From the NCBI RefSeq assembly GCF_036365525.1, contig NC_090399.1, positions 31,342,430 to 31,406,429 of the forward strand: DNA of 64,000 nt, read 5' to 3'. The notes under the pieces were generated by a model. That model saw only the letters and a list, made by a program, of their open reading frames with translations, did no database searches and had not been told where the DNA came from. Position 1 is the stretch's first letter, and each line of letters opens with the position of its first letter. The DNA is from Heterodontus francisci. Taxonomy: Eukaryota. The position numbers were made by a program, and so were the translations under genes. This document shows, piece by piece, positions 23,851-35,670 of this stretch.

Positions 23851-24479
23851 TTCTGTAACTCGCTGGCCCTCGGTCACCTTCTCGATTATGATCAGATGCT
23901 GCAAATATTGTTACAGTCAGTACACGTGGTAGCTTAATGTTACAATAAGATATCATAATCTCTATTCAGATAACTGTCATCCCACAGGGGCAAAATTTCA
24001 CTCTGTTAACATTCTCACCAAACACTAAAGCATTCCGCAATGCAAGGTTCACAAATGCAACACAAGTTTCCTTTTAACGGTCTCCGTGGTCTGTTTTGAT
24101 TCTTTGATAGATTATGCAAGGTTCACAAATGCAACACAAGTTTCCTTTTAACGGTCTCCGTGGTCTGTTTTGATTCTTTGATAGATTATTGGTTCTTATC
24201 CTCCACCTGAGCAGTCGTCCTAATCTCGTGTGCCTGTCTGGTCCCATACACGGCATCAGGTTACAATAAGACAAGTAACACAGGAGCGTCTCAGTGACTG
24301 AGGCAGGTGAGTCTTGAGCTTGACGTCTGAGTGAACCGAGTTAATCCAACACGCCCAAGTGCCGTTTCTAGCCCGAGGTTTCCTTGTCCTACCCAGTGAA
24401 TTTCCAATGCTCCCAAACCAATAGTGAGAAATGTGAGGGTGAATCCATTTTGCCTGGGAAATGGGGTAGTTCTGTAAGT

Positions 24480-24830
24480 TTTTTTTCCAAAAATATACTT
24501 TATTCATAAAAATGTATTCATGAAAATACACTACATAACAGTTCAAATTTGACATTACAGAAAGTACAATACAGATCAGTTTCTTTCAATGCAGTACATG
24601 AGGTGGCTTATTGCACTTTGCCATTACAAGTTATATTTACAATGTGCATTTACTTGATATGTCATACATTCTTTGGTGCATACAGCCGTGGGGTTTTGCA
24701 CAAGTTCCAACCCCTCAGTTCACTATGGCGGGAGGACCTTACAAAGTGGCCTTTCCCCATTGAGCCTTTGTGGCGGCTACCCCAAGCTTTAGTGTGTCCC
24801 TCAGCACGTAGTCCTGGACCTTGCAATGTC
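24480..24830 (-). mobile_element. L1/Tx1-like LINE 3' end (copy 2 ~63646..64000)
   Basis: Minus strand ends ...aataaagtatattttggaaaaaaa, preceded by a QDYVLRD..K remnant. Confidence 0.55.
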
Positions 24831-25269
24831 CCGGTCTGCAAGTGGGTGGGGTTAAGCAGCTGCAAAGCACCCTTCCTATCCACATTTTAAATTGCAGCCC
24901 TGGTAAAGGTAGCAGGAGACATACTACACATTAAACTAGTTTTTTTAAAATTATTTACTTAACCGATTTTGACTGCAAGATTAACAAGTAAGCAACTTAA
25001 CTGGCACCAAGGTTCCTACATCTATCCGAGCTAATTTCACAGATTATCCAATTCGGAAGATAAGCCTCCTGCTAAGAGCCCTTCTCCCCCTTCACCTACT
25101 TTCACTTTCATAATATCGCCTGACTTCATCACTTTCTCAGTTCATCCAGGCAGTTGTTACCTCAAGACTCCACTATTCCAATGCTCTCCTGACCGGCTTC
25201 CCACATTCCACCTTCCACAAACCTGAGGTCATAACCTCTGCTGCTTCGACCTTTGCTCACACCAAGTCC

Positions 25270-27560
25270 CACCTGCTAAGTGGCAAGTAACATTTGCACC
25301 ACACAAGTGCCAGGCAATGAATATCTCTAACAAGAGAGAATCTAACCATCTCCCCTTGGTATTCAACGGCATTAGCATTGCTCAATCTCCCACTTTCAGC
25401 ACCCTGGGGTTACCATTGACCAGAAACTGAACTAGAGTAGCCATATAAATACTGTGGCTACAAGAGCAGGTCAGAGGCTAGGAATCCTGCGGCGCGTAGC
25501 CCACCTCCTGACCTCCCCAAAGATTCTCCAACATCTACAAGGCATAAATCAGGAGTGTGGGAATACTCTCCACTTGCCTGGATGGGTGCAGCTCCAACAA
25601 TACTCAAGAAGCTCGACACCATCCTGGACAAAGCAGGTCGCTTGGTTGGCATGCCATGCACAACATTCACTCCCTCCACCACTGACGCACAGTGACAGCA
25701 GTGTGTAGCATATACAAGATGCACTGCAGCAACTCACCAAGGCTCCTTCGACAGCACCTTCTAAACCCTCAACCTCTACCACGTAGATGAACAAGGGCAG
25801 CAGATGCATGGGAACACCACCACCTGCAAATTCTTTTCCAGGCCACACATGATCATATGACCATAAGAAATAGGAACAGGGTAGGCCATTCCACCCCTCG
25901 AGCCTGCTCCGCCATTTAACAAGATCATGGCTGATCTGATTGTGGCCTTAACTCCACTTTCCCACTTACCCGCCCCCGCCCCGGCGCCCTCCCCATAACC
26001 TTTGACTCCCTTGCAGATCAAAAATTTGTCTAACTCAGCTTTTAATATGTTCAATGACCCAGCCTCCACTGCTGTCTGGGAAAGAGATGTCTTATTACAC
26101 TGGGTTTATCAAAGGTAATTTAAAGTGATAGTTCATCTTCCGTTGATCTGGATAACGCCCGGTTAAACTGGATTCATTCAACTTGATTGAAAGAGCCACC
26201 ACCTCTTCTGGTGACCTAGATTGAATACCATGAAAAAAGTAAAATACTGCAAATACTGGAAATCTGAAATAAAAACAAAAAATGCTGGAAATGCTCAGCA
26301 GGTTTGGCAGCTTCAGTGGAGATAGGAGCAGAGTTAATGTTTCAGGTTCATGACCTTTGATAAGAATTTTTTTTTTATTTATATTATGCAACCCACAATA
26401 TACAGCAACAGTGAAATTACCGGTACAGTCAAACACATGATATTCATTCAGGGAGAGTATAATTCTCATCTTGCCAGTCAAAGCTAGACCAGGTCCGCTG
26501 CCACTAAGCATTTTTCTGCTGTATCTTTTATAGTCTTAATAATATTATGTTAATTGTAGAGGATGTTGCAACTAGACACTTAGAAAATAATATGATTGGG
26601 CTGAGTCAACATGGATTTGTGAAAGGGAAATCATGTTTGACAAGTCTTTTGGAGTTTTTGAGGATGTTACTTGTAGCATTGATAAAGGAGAACCAGTGGA
26701 TGTGGTGGATTGGGATTTTCAGAAGTATTTTGACAAGGTCCCACACAGAAGGTTAAGAAACAAAATTAGAGCACATGGGATTTGGGGGAATATAAAGAAA
26801 TGGATCGAGACTTGGTTAACAGACAGAAAGCAAAGAGTAGGAAAAAACGGGTCATTCTCCGGATGGCAGGCTGTTCCACTAGGGGTACCACAAGGATCAG
26901 TGCTTGGGCCACAGCTGTTTACAATCTTTATAAATGATTTGGGTGTGGGGATCAAATTTAATTTCCAAATTTTTTGGTGACACAAACTAGGTGTGAATGT
27001 AAGTTATGAGGAGGTTGCAAGGTGGCTTCAAGGGGAATTGGACACCTTGCAGGACAATGCATCCCTCTTGATCGGCACCCATCCACCACCTTAAACATTC
27101 ATTCCTTCCACCACCAACATACAGTGGCAGCAATGTGTACCATCTACAAGAAACACTGCAGCAACTCACCAAGGGTCCTTCAACAGCATCTTCCAAGCCA
27201 CACACCATCCTGTCTTGGAACTATATCGTTGTTCCTTCACTGTGTTGGGTCAAAATTCTCCCTCGCAGCACTGTGCTTGTACCGACACCACATGGACTGC
27301 ACCAGTTTAAGAAGGAAGCTCACTACCACCTTTTCAAGGGCAATTCAGGATGAGCAATAAATGCTGGCCTTGTCAGCAATGCTCACATCCCATGAACGAA
27401 TACAAAATAAGAATGTATATAACTATGCTACCAGTTCCAGTAGGCATATCCTGTTGGCGGGACAGGGCATACACTGGTATGATGGTGGAGGTGTCAGGGA
27501 AATTGGCTGAAACGTATGACTCAGTGAGTGTGACTATGCCAGGCTGTGGGACAGCCATAT
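25270..27560. mobile_element. Cluster of nested CR1-clade LINE and SINE fragments
   Basis: ATRAGQRLGILRRV (25454+), reverse CR1 3'UTR (25855-26085), CR1 RT SQHGFVKGKSC...GVPQGSVLGP (26547-27050). Confidence 0.8.
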
Positions 27561-29349
27561 GAGTTCCTATGAGTAGATCAATTCCCTTTACTGGTAAACT
27601 GTGGACAACACCTACAGTTACTATCCCAGATTTTTAAGTCACTTTAGTGGTGTACTTTATACAAAGGTACAGGTATACATACCTCGCCAATTCCATTAAC
27701 TAAAACTTTAGAGCTCAAGTCGCTCTCTGGTGAAAACCTCATATCTTTCCCCAGCAAGAGAGTTTGGGTTGCTCCTGTGTCCCTGAGTATAATGATCGGT
27801 TTTCTTGCCTCACTTACAGGATACGGAGTTACTCTCCCCTTTGACAAAAATTCATTATAACTCTCAGGTATTTTATTCTTAACCTCTACACTACTGTTAT
27901 TTATGGTATCTGGTTTTGCATTTGCAGCTGTCATTAATGTTATAGCCTGGCCTGCTATACTCTCAGTCAGAGTCTTTTCCTCTGCACTAACTTTGCATAC
28001 CCTAACAAGTCCTATGGGTTTACTTTGCAGTTTACAGCACTCTGAACGAAGATGACCCGCTTTGTTGCAATGATAACACATTGGCTTGTGAACCTTACTT
28101 CTACCCTGAGCACCTTCTTTTCCGATCTGTGTAGGTAATCCTGGGGCATTCCCAGCAGCTCCTTCTTGCCCCTGGCTACTTGCCTTCCTTTCAATCTCCC
28201 CCCTTCTATCCTTCTCGGGTTTATAGGGGTGATGGACAAAATAGGTTGGCTCATTCACACACTCAAAATCATCAGCAATCTCTGCTGCATGCCTAGCTGT
28301 TAAAACTTTCAGGTTATCTATATGAGTTCTTACTACTGAAGGAATGGAGTTTTTAAACTCTTCTAAGAGAAATAATTTTCAAAGGTTCTCATATGTGGTT
28401 TCTATCTTTAATGCCCGTATCCAACAGTCAAAATTCATTTGCCTCACCCTCTCAAATTCTAAATATGTCTGCCCAGCCAATTTCCATAAGTTCCTAAACT
28501 TCTGTCGGTAAGCTTCAGGGACTAACTCATATGCAGTGAGAATAGCCTTTTTTGCCATCTCATAATCTGCAGAAGCCTCTTCAGAAAGCATGGCATAAGC
28601 TTCATGAGCCCTGCCTACCAACCTGCCCTGCATGAGTAATGTCCAGCCATTTCATCTGTTTGGCTATTGTTTCAAAAGATATGAAAAATGCGTTTACATC
28701 CCTTTCCTTAAACATAGGAAGACCCTTTATAAATTGAAACAACTTCTCACTGGGTCCTGATCTAAACTCAGATTCTTCCTGACCCGATGTTTTTCTGGAT
28801 TCAAGACGACCCTTTTGTCTTAGTTCCATCTCATTTAACATAAATTCCCTCTCTTCTCTTTCACTTTCTCGCCGAAATGCTCTCTCTTTCTCCTTTTCCC
28901 CTTTTTCCAATTCAAGTTTTCTTAATTCTTCATCTACCACAATTTTGTTCGCTTCCATCTGAAACCTAGAGAATACCATTACATCACTTTCGGACCAGCT
29001 ACCTTCATGTCTCTGGTATTCCCTTTCTTGTTTCTCATATTGCCCTTCATCTGTATTATCATCATCATCTTCTACTAATTCCAGATGTTCGGTTATTATG
29101 TCAATTATCTCTGCTTTTTTGGCACCTTATTTCAACTCCAATCCCAATTTCGCTGCCATGTCTTTTAATTTGTTCTTAGTTAAAGTTATCAAGTCACTCA
29201 TGGAAATATTCTGCTTTCCCAAAAACTCTGCTATAGCTAAGAATGCCATTACAATTGTTTAAACTGTACCTTATTATACAAGAGACCTGGTTCTTTTAAT
29301 TTCTTTGTAATAGTTGTCAGATATAGATCACAACAATCAAGTTTCCAAT

Positions 29350-29635
29350 TTATAAGATCCCAGACTCGAGAGCAATTAATTTGATGCCAAACGCAGGACC
29401 CCAATTTAGATATGTTATCCCAGAGACGAGTAATTACTATGATTCCAAATGCGAGCCCTCCAGATTAGTCTGATTCTGATCCCAGATGCGGGCCACCAAA
29501 TTAAATATGATTTAACTGCAAGTGAGACCCCAATTAAGATATGATTCAAATCCAGAAACCCAAATATATGTGATTCAAATCTTGAGTAAGCCCCCAATTA
29601 CTATGCTTTTCCAATCCCAGACGAGAAACCCAATA
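29350..29635 (-). repeat. Tandem array of ~9 degenerate tRNA-Pro PBS-like motifs
   Basis: Plus-strand variants of ATCCCGGACGAGCCCCCAA near 29356, 29384, 29417, 29442, 29479, 29515, 29550, 29579 and 29614. Confidence 0.65.
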
Positions 29636-30489
29636 AATATATCACGACTGACCGCTCCAGTCAAAGCCCCCAATCAAAACATACAATTCTGATTGTGGTG
29701 GGAGGAACGCACTGTTAATTCAATCCCATTGCTCCAAAGATCGCCTGAAATATCATTTATAACTTTCAAAATTAGAGGAAGACCAGCCAAATTGTACCAT
29801 CTATTAACCCCCGAATGAGACTAACCATACCAGGTGTCTTTAAATCAACAAATTGACTGTTTAATTAGAAAAACTAAATTCTTAAGCACTATGAAGATGT
29901 AAACAATATTTAAAATACAAAAAAATAGAGTCCTTGCAAATTTACAGTCCAATGTTGTTTGAAGTCCTCAAAGACATCCTGCAGAACCAGTAAAACACAT
30001 ACAGTAAAAACACATATACCAAAAACACGTAAGAACTTAATTAAAACAATGGGGCCAGTCACACAACAAAGAACAGTGCATTGAAGCGAGATGAGTAGAA
30101 AGGGGCACAGCACACAGATGAATTGCAGATATGATTATAGAAAAGGTATTGAGGAGGATTCCAGAAACTGTCCTTGGACTTAGCAGATATAGGGAGTCGT
30201 TATGGACACCAGATATGATTAAACTCTGAATAGACAATGGGAAACTGTGAAGTTTTGAACAGGTTCTCACTGAGCCAAATAAGGAATTATCATTATGTCA
30301 TTAGACCCGACCTTTCTGAGTAGGTAAGAGGGGCGGGTCTTAGAAACAAGATTTAACCCCTGACTGAAACTGAAGAAGGTACGAGAACCCAGGGGAAGAA
30401 CACTCGAGAAGATACCCTGAGCCAGGGGCTCAGAGAACAGAAGAGCAGCCGCAAGTCCAAGACTGATCACCTCGTGTCTTGACGGGTAG

Positions 30490-30612
30490 TATACTGTACA
30501 GCTAGTGGGAGATTGTACTTTGATGAGTTTTGACACTGTACAACAAGTGAGAGCTTGTACTTTGATGAGTTTCGATACTGTACAAGTACTGAGAGTTTGT
30601 ACTTGATGAATT
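30490..30612. repeat. Three-unit ~42-bp tandem repeat inside the Gypsy LTR region
   Basis: actgtaca...gagcttgtactttgatgagttt repeated three times. Confidence 0.8.
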
Positions 30613-32457
30613 AGTGTGTGAATAAAATATTGATGTACCTTTCACCAATCGGATTCCATGGATTCTTTAAGAGTAAGTGTATATTAGGCACAACAGTTCG
30701 ATGTGGAAAAAAAGTTCTTCCACAGTAGAACAGTCCGTCGTCTAACTCCAGCAGTAAGTGATTCTTCCTTCTTCTATGATGGATTTCAATAATTAACATC
30801 TTGAGAACACTTTCAATAGAATCAATCTGAATTTAGATTTTTTGCGGGATAAAAGATTGTCACTGTCTAACTTCCCTTTCTTCAGTTCAAATTATCAGAG
30901 ATTTTCCTTAGGCTTGTTTTTTTTTTAGAATTTGTGAGATAATAATAATTAAACAGACCAAAATTCTCTTCCTTCAGTTTAAATGCCTGAGTACTATTTT
31001 TCAGGTCCTAACACGACAGCTGTCTGTTTGTTTGTGTTCCCTGTTAGAACAAACTGTCTTCAACTACAAAGCCAGTCCACAATTGAATTGCAACAAATGT
31101 ATCACTTGATACTCACTCCAAGTGGCCATGTCCATGGTAATGAGAGTGCACCCTTTGAATCGCAGTTTCCAAATGGTTGTATCCAACGGCAACTGAAAAT
31201 GCATTTTCTCTAACTCCGGAAGCCTGCTGGTTCTTAAAGCAGTACTGATCCTTTGCAAGCCTTAAAGGTACACCACATATTCCCGGGGAAAAAAACTACA
31301 GGACCATGACAATATGCATCAAGCTGTTCCACCTACCTCTCTCCAACTCAACGCTTTCATTCTGATGTCTGTAGTCCCAATTATAACACACTGTTGTTTA
31401 GGGTAATTAAGGCATAGAATATACCATTATGGTTAGTTACAAATAATCTCTAAATGCAAATAATATGTGACCTAATTTATATACATGCCTCTTTTGACTG
31501 CTGCACAGGAACTGCGAACTACATTGTCGGGTATATTGGCAGACTTTAGGCCTAAGATTGTAGAGCTTAATATAAAATGAAATTTGATTATAAATTAAAG
31601 TACAAGATGGATTCTCTTACTCTTGATATTGAAGTCGAACACTACTGAGATTGAACTACTCAGTATGACATTTTGCTTTCTGAATTATTTGCGTTAAAGT
31701 GGAGCCTGGATTGTCAACGCCTGCTGAAGCTGATTTGGGTATTGAAGTAATATATTACATGTTAGAGTTAGATGAATATCTTGGGAAATGTTTCGATAAA
31801 ATATAGACATATTGTGCCTGAACACATTGGCAGAAGATGTTTATTAAATAACAGATGACAAGTACAACTAACTTCAGAACAGATGTCTATGCAAGGTAAT
31901 CAATTATTAGCAACTTTCCGATAAACTTATCAGTTCTGTTTATATGCATCAGCTTAGACTACTTGTGATAGATTATGCTGGTTTTCTTACAAGAGACAGC
32001 TGAAGTGTGCATTTATTTTTGCATGATACTGAAAATGATTCATATGTGATGTTAGTTATTGCATATCCAGCTTATGCAGAGTTCAAATAATTTACTGTCC
32101 TGTCCAAACATTGCAACACATTATTTGGCCAATTATACAAACTGGGAGAGGATTATACCTTCTGGGCACTATGTAGCGACATCTTAAACGTGTGCGAACA
32201 TTTCCTTAGATTACAGTTTCCAGGGAAATTGTAGAAATTGCTAGCAAAGAAACATTAAATTCTTCCTCATATGTTTCGAATGACTTTATTATACAACAAC
32301 CAAAGCGAATGTAAGTAGTCTCAAATAGCTACATACAAGAGAATTTGTTTCACTTAATCACAACAGCACTGGAAACCTTGCAGAGAGGTAAGAATCCCTT
32401 TGGGTTCTATGAGAAAATTTCGTTGAAGTAGAAAGCAAGCTATTTTAGAAAAATATG

Positions 32458-32488
<31 letters not shown>

Positions 32489-32497
32489 GGATGGATG
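32458..32497. repeat. (GATA)n/(GGAT)n microsatellite
   Basis: Direct inspection. Confidence 0.95.
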
Positions 32498-34809
32498 CAT
32501 TGAGTTACATGTCTTCTAAATGTGCAAAAATGTATAATACTGGAGGCCAGCATGCTAAATGGCTTCAAGATCAAAGCTGTAATTCCGCAAAACCACACTC
32601 AATCTTATCTTTATCTATGGATGATCGGGGTTTTCGCTCTCTTTCATTGAAGTTCAGTGCAGAATATTGCACATAATCGACTTCATTTGCCTGTTTGAAG
32701 AGAAATAAAGTACCTTACTAAATATAATAATTATAGGCCAATAAACGTTTGCTTCTTTTGTTTTAATCGAACACATAAATATTAATTCATACATTAGAAA
32801 TGTTTGTTGTGTTTCGACGCATTTCCTGTCCAATTTCCTTTGTCACTCTTTTCCCTCGGCTTTTCTGTCAACATTTAGCACTGAAACTTTAAAATGGCAT
32901 CCGACAGTTAAGCAGTTGCAGGAAACCATGTAGTTGCCAACACTAGCTACTCAGTGAATTCGATTTCTATCATGTATATAAAAATATATTCATGAACTTA
33001 CAGTCCGCAAAGTCACTTTTTCTTTCTTTCTTGCATTCATTATCAAACGCCAATAATATGGTTAGAATTTCATCCAAATAATCCTGGATTGATTTATTAT
33101 CAGAATTATTGTTATTTATAATATTTTACAATTAAGCATTTTCAGATGTTACAAGTGCATTACTTGATGCAGTAGTGAATGATAGAAAATAAAAGGGTCC
33201 TGGGCTGATTCTTTTAACTGAGCTGTTGGGCTAGCTGAACGAGCGCTACAAATTACTAAATTACCCCTCGGCTATAGTGGTAAAATTAAGCAGTAAAGCT
33301 TTTATTGTTACTGAAGGCCTGTTGGAAAGTGCAATTACAAAGGGCTTCGCTCTGATGTTTATTATAGCTCGAGAAGCCGACGACGCTCTCTCAAGAGGCT
33401 CACAGCTAATGGTTTAACGCTCCTGTGCGCTTCAGGACAACAGGCAACACTGGAACCATAACTCAATATCAAAGCAGAGATGAAGACAAATATTCAACAA
33501 TATCGATTGTTCAGAATTTTGATTGGAACCTCGATTGTAATCAAATTAAGCTGCACTGATTAACACCAGGATGAAATTGATACAACCAGTTTGAAATTGG
33601 AAACAATTTCAGGGCAAATTAATGCAGAAATGTTACAAGTGTGGAAAAGATTCATCAGACTGACTTTTAGTCTGCTCGAGTAAGAGTGCTGTTAATTTTC
33701 TTTATATTGTAGCAATATTATCTTCTAACTTTTTTGTTAAGCAGAGAAGAAGAAAAAGCAAGTTTTAAAGTAGTAACCATTAAACGTTTGAACTGAGACT
33801 GACCAGAAAGCATTGGTTGCATTTAACATAAATTAACTATCGTCATAATGAGGAATCTTAATTATACAGTGGCTCATAATTTTCAAGAAGCTGTAAGTAA
33901 TAATATGGGGGCAAGGGCAACAGTTCGCACGCCCCCACCCCCCGCCCCGAAAAAAAAAACTGGGCAAATATCATCTTCTCAATTCGGGGTTGTAGAGCGT
34001 GAAGGAATTAATTGCTGTTCAAATGCGAAAGAATGAACATAAACATAATTAATCATTTTCCCTTGATGAAATTGCAATTGTATGTAACAAGAGAGACATG
34101 AGCGATAAGATAATGATCTAGGAAAATTATCACAATGGAAATATCTTGTTAATAAGGAAACCAGTTGATTAATTGAAGCTGTTTTGAAGGTCAATTAGAC
34201 TCGCCTTGTATGGAGTTGCATTTTGGGGAGAATCATAGTGGTCAAAGTAAGGGAATTACATGAAAAGTGAACATTTTTAATGAGCATTTTGATTTGAAAG
34301 GTTTTCAGAAGCCTAAGGAACAAAGCTCGGTAACTGTATTGCACTTAATCATCAGTTGTGATTGTATTTATTATCTTCTGAGTGGATATTTTGGCACTTT
34401 TGCAAGGACTGTATGCTGAATAAGACGACACGTTTTAGTTCAACGGCTCAAGAACCTTTTTGATTTTTAGGATATATATTAAAAAGTCTAATTATAAATA
34501 TCATCAACCGTCATGGAATAGGTATCACTGTGGTTAAGAAGATAAGCATGGATGAGCTCATTTTGAGGTGCTATATGTACCTGATTGCCAACCCAGCAGG
34601 AAGATCCTTCAACAAGTTTCTCTATATAATGTGTCTGAAAGAAAATGTAGAATGTCAGAAAGATCAGATTCCAGAAATCACCACTCAGCATTCCCAAGCG
34701 CGCCCACTGTTATGCTTCTAACTCGTCCAGTTTACTATCCAACTGTAGCACCACAAAATATGAAGCACGTCCATAATTACGAGATTATTGTATTGATATA
34801 AAAAGGGAT

Positions 34810-35670
34810 AGGGAAAATGGTGGAATCCATCATTAAGGAGGTTATTGCACGTCATTTAGAAAATCTTAATGCAATCAGGCAGAGTTAACATGGTTGTGCG
34901 AAAGGGAAATCATGTTCGAATAATTTATTAGAGTTCTTTGAGGAAGTAACAAGCAACGTGGATAAAAAGGGAACCTGTGGAGGTGGTGTACTTGGATCTC
35001 CAGAAGACATTTGACAAGGTGCCACATCAAAGATTGCAAAAGAAAATAAGAGCCCATTGTATCGGGGTGACATATTAGAACGGAGAGAGGATTGGTTAAC
35101 GAACAGGAAACAGCCAGTGGGCATAAATGGGTGGTTTTCAAGTTGGCAAGCTGCAACTAGTGGATTCCACAGGGATCAGTGCTGGAACCACAACTATTTA
35201 CAATCTATATCAATGGCTTGGATGAAGGGACAGAATGTATGGTTGCTAAATTTGCTGATGACACAAAGATAGGTCGAGAGTAAGTTGTGAAGAGGACATA
35301 AGGTGGCTGCAAGGGATATACATAGGTTAAGTGAATGGGCAAAGATTTGGCAGATGGAGTACAAAGTTGGAAAGTGTGAACCTGTCCACTCTGGCCAGAA
35401 AAATAGAAAAGCACCATATTCTTTAAATTGAGAGAGATTGCAGAACTCTGAGGTGCAGAGAGATCTGGGTGTCCTAGTCCACGAAACACAAAAAGTTCAT
35501 ATGCAGGTACAGCACGTAATTAGGAAGGAAAGTGCAATGTTGTCGTTTATTGCAAGGGGAATGTAATATTCAAGTAGAGATGTTTTGCTATAGCTTACCA
35601 GGGCATTGGTGGGACCACATCAAAAGTATTGTGTAAAAGTATTTTGGTCTTCTTACATCAGAAATGATAT
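34810..35670 (+). mobile_element. Decayed CR1 RT fragment
   Basis: VVYLDLQKTFDKVPH and KFADDTK remnants. Confidence 0.85.

Larger units (their letters stand above)
1..24834 (+). repeat. Tandem segmental duplication, copy 1 (partial; matches 39677..64000)
   Basis: Window start aaggcaatgcacaattttg recurs at 39677. Window end ...ttgcaatgtcccgg matches 24821-24834. ORFs are colinear and near-identical (e.g. 8172..8507 vs 49959..50294). Confidence 0.98.
27560..31311 (-). mobile_element. Decayed Gmr1-like Ty3/Gypsy LTR retrotransposon (5' LTR, PBS region, gag-pro; 3' part missing)
   Basis: LTR begins TGTCATGG at 31311 and ends near 29639, followed by a Pro-type PBS. Gag from the ATG at 29249: coiled coil, SCAN-related capsid LVGRAHEAY...YELVPEAYRQKFR, CCHC knuckle CYHCNKAGHLRSEC, protease ILRDTGA. 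Several stops and frameshifts. Confidence 0.88.

Noticed and set aside
26095-26511. 138-aa ORF, or MRIILSLNEYHVFDCT|GT as the leader exon
   Set aside because: The ORF runs through an interspersed repeat and the putative leader is not hydrophobic.
28379-28633. Host SCAN-zinc-finger gene
   Set aside because: Embedded in LTR-PBS-gag-CCHC-protease context with frameshifts, so it is Gmr1-like Gag.
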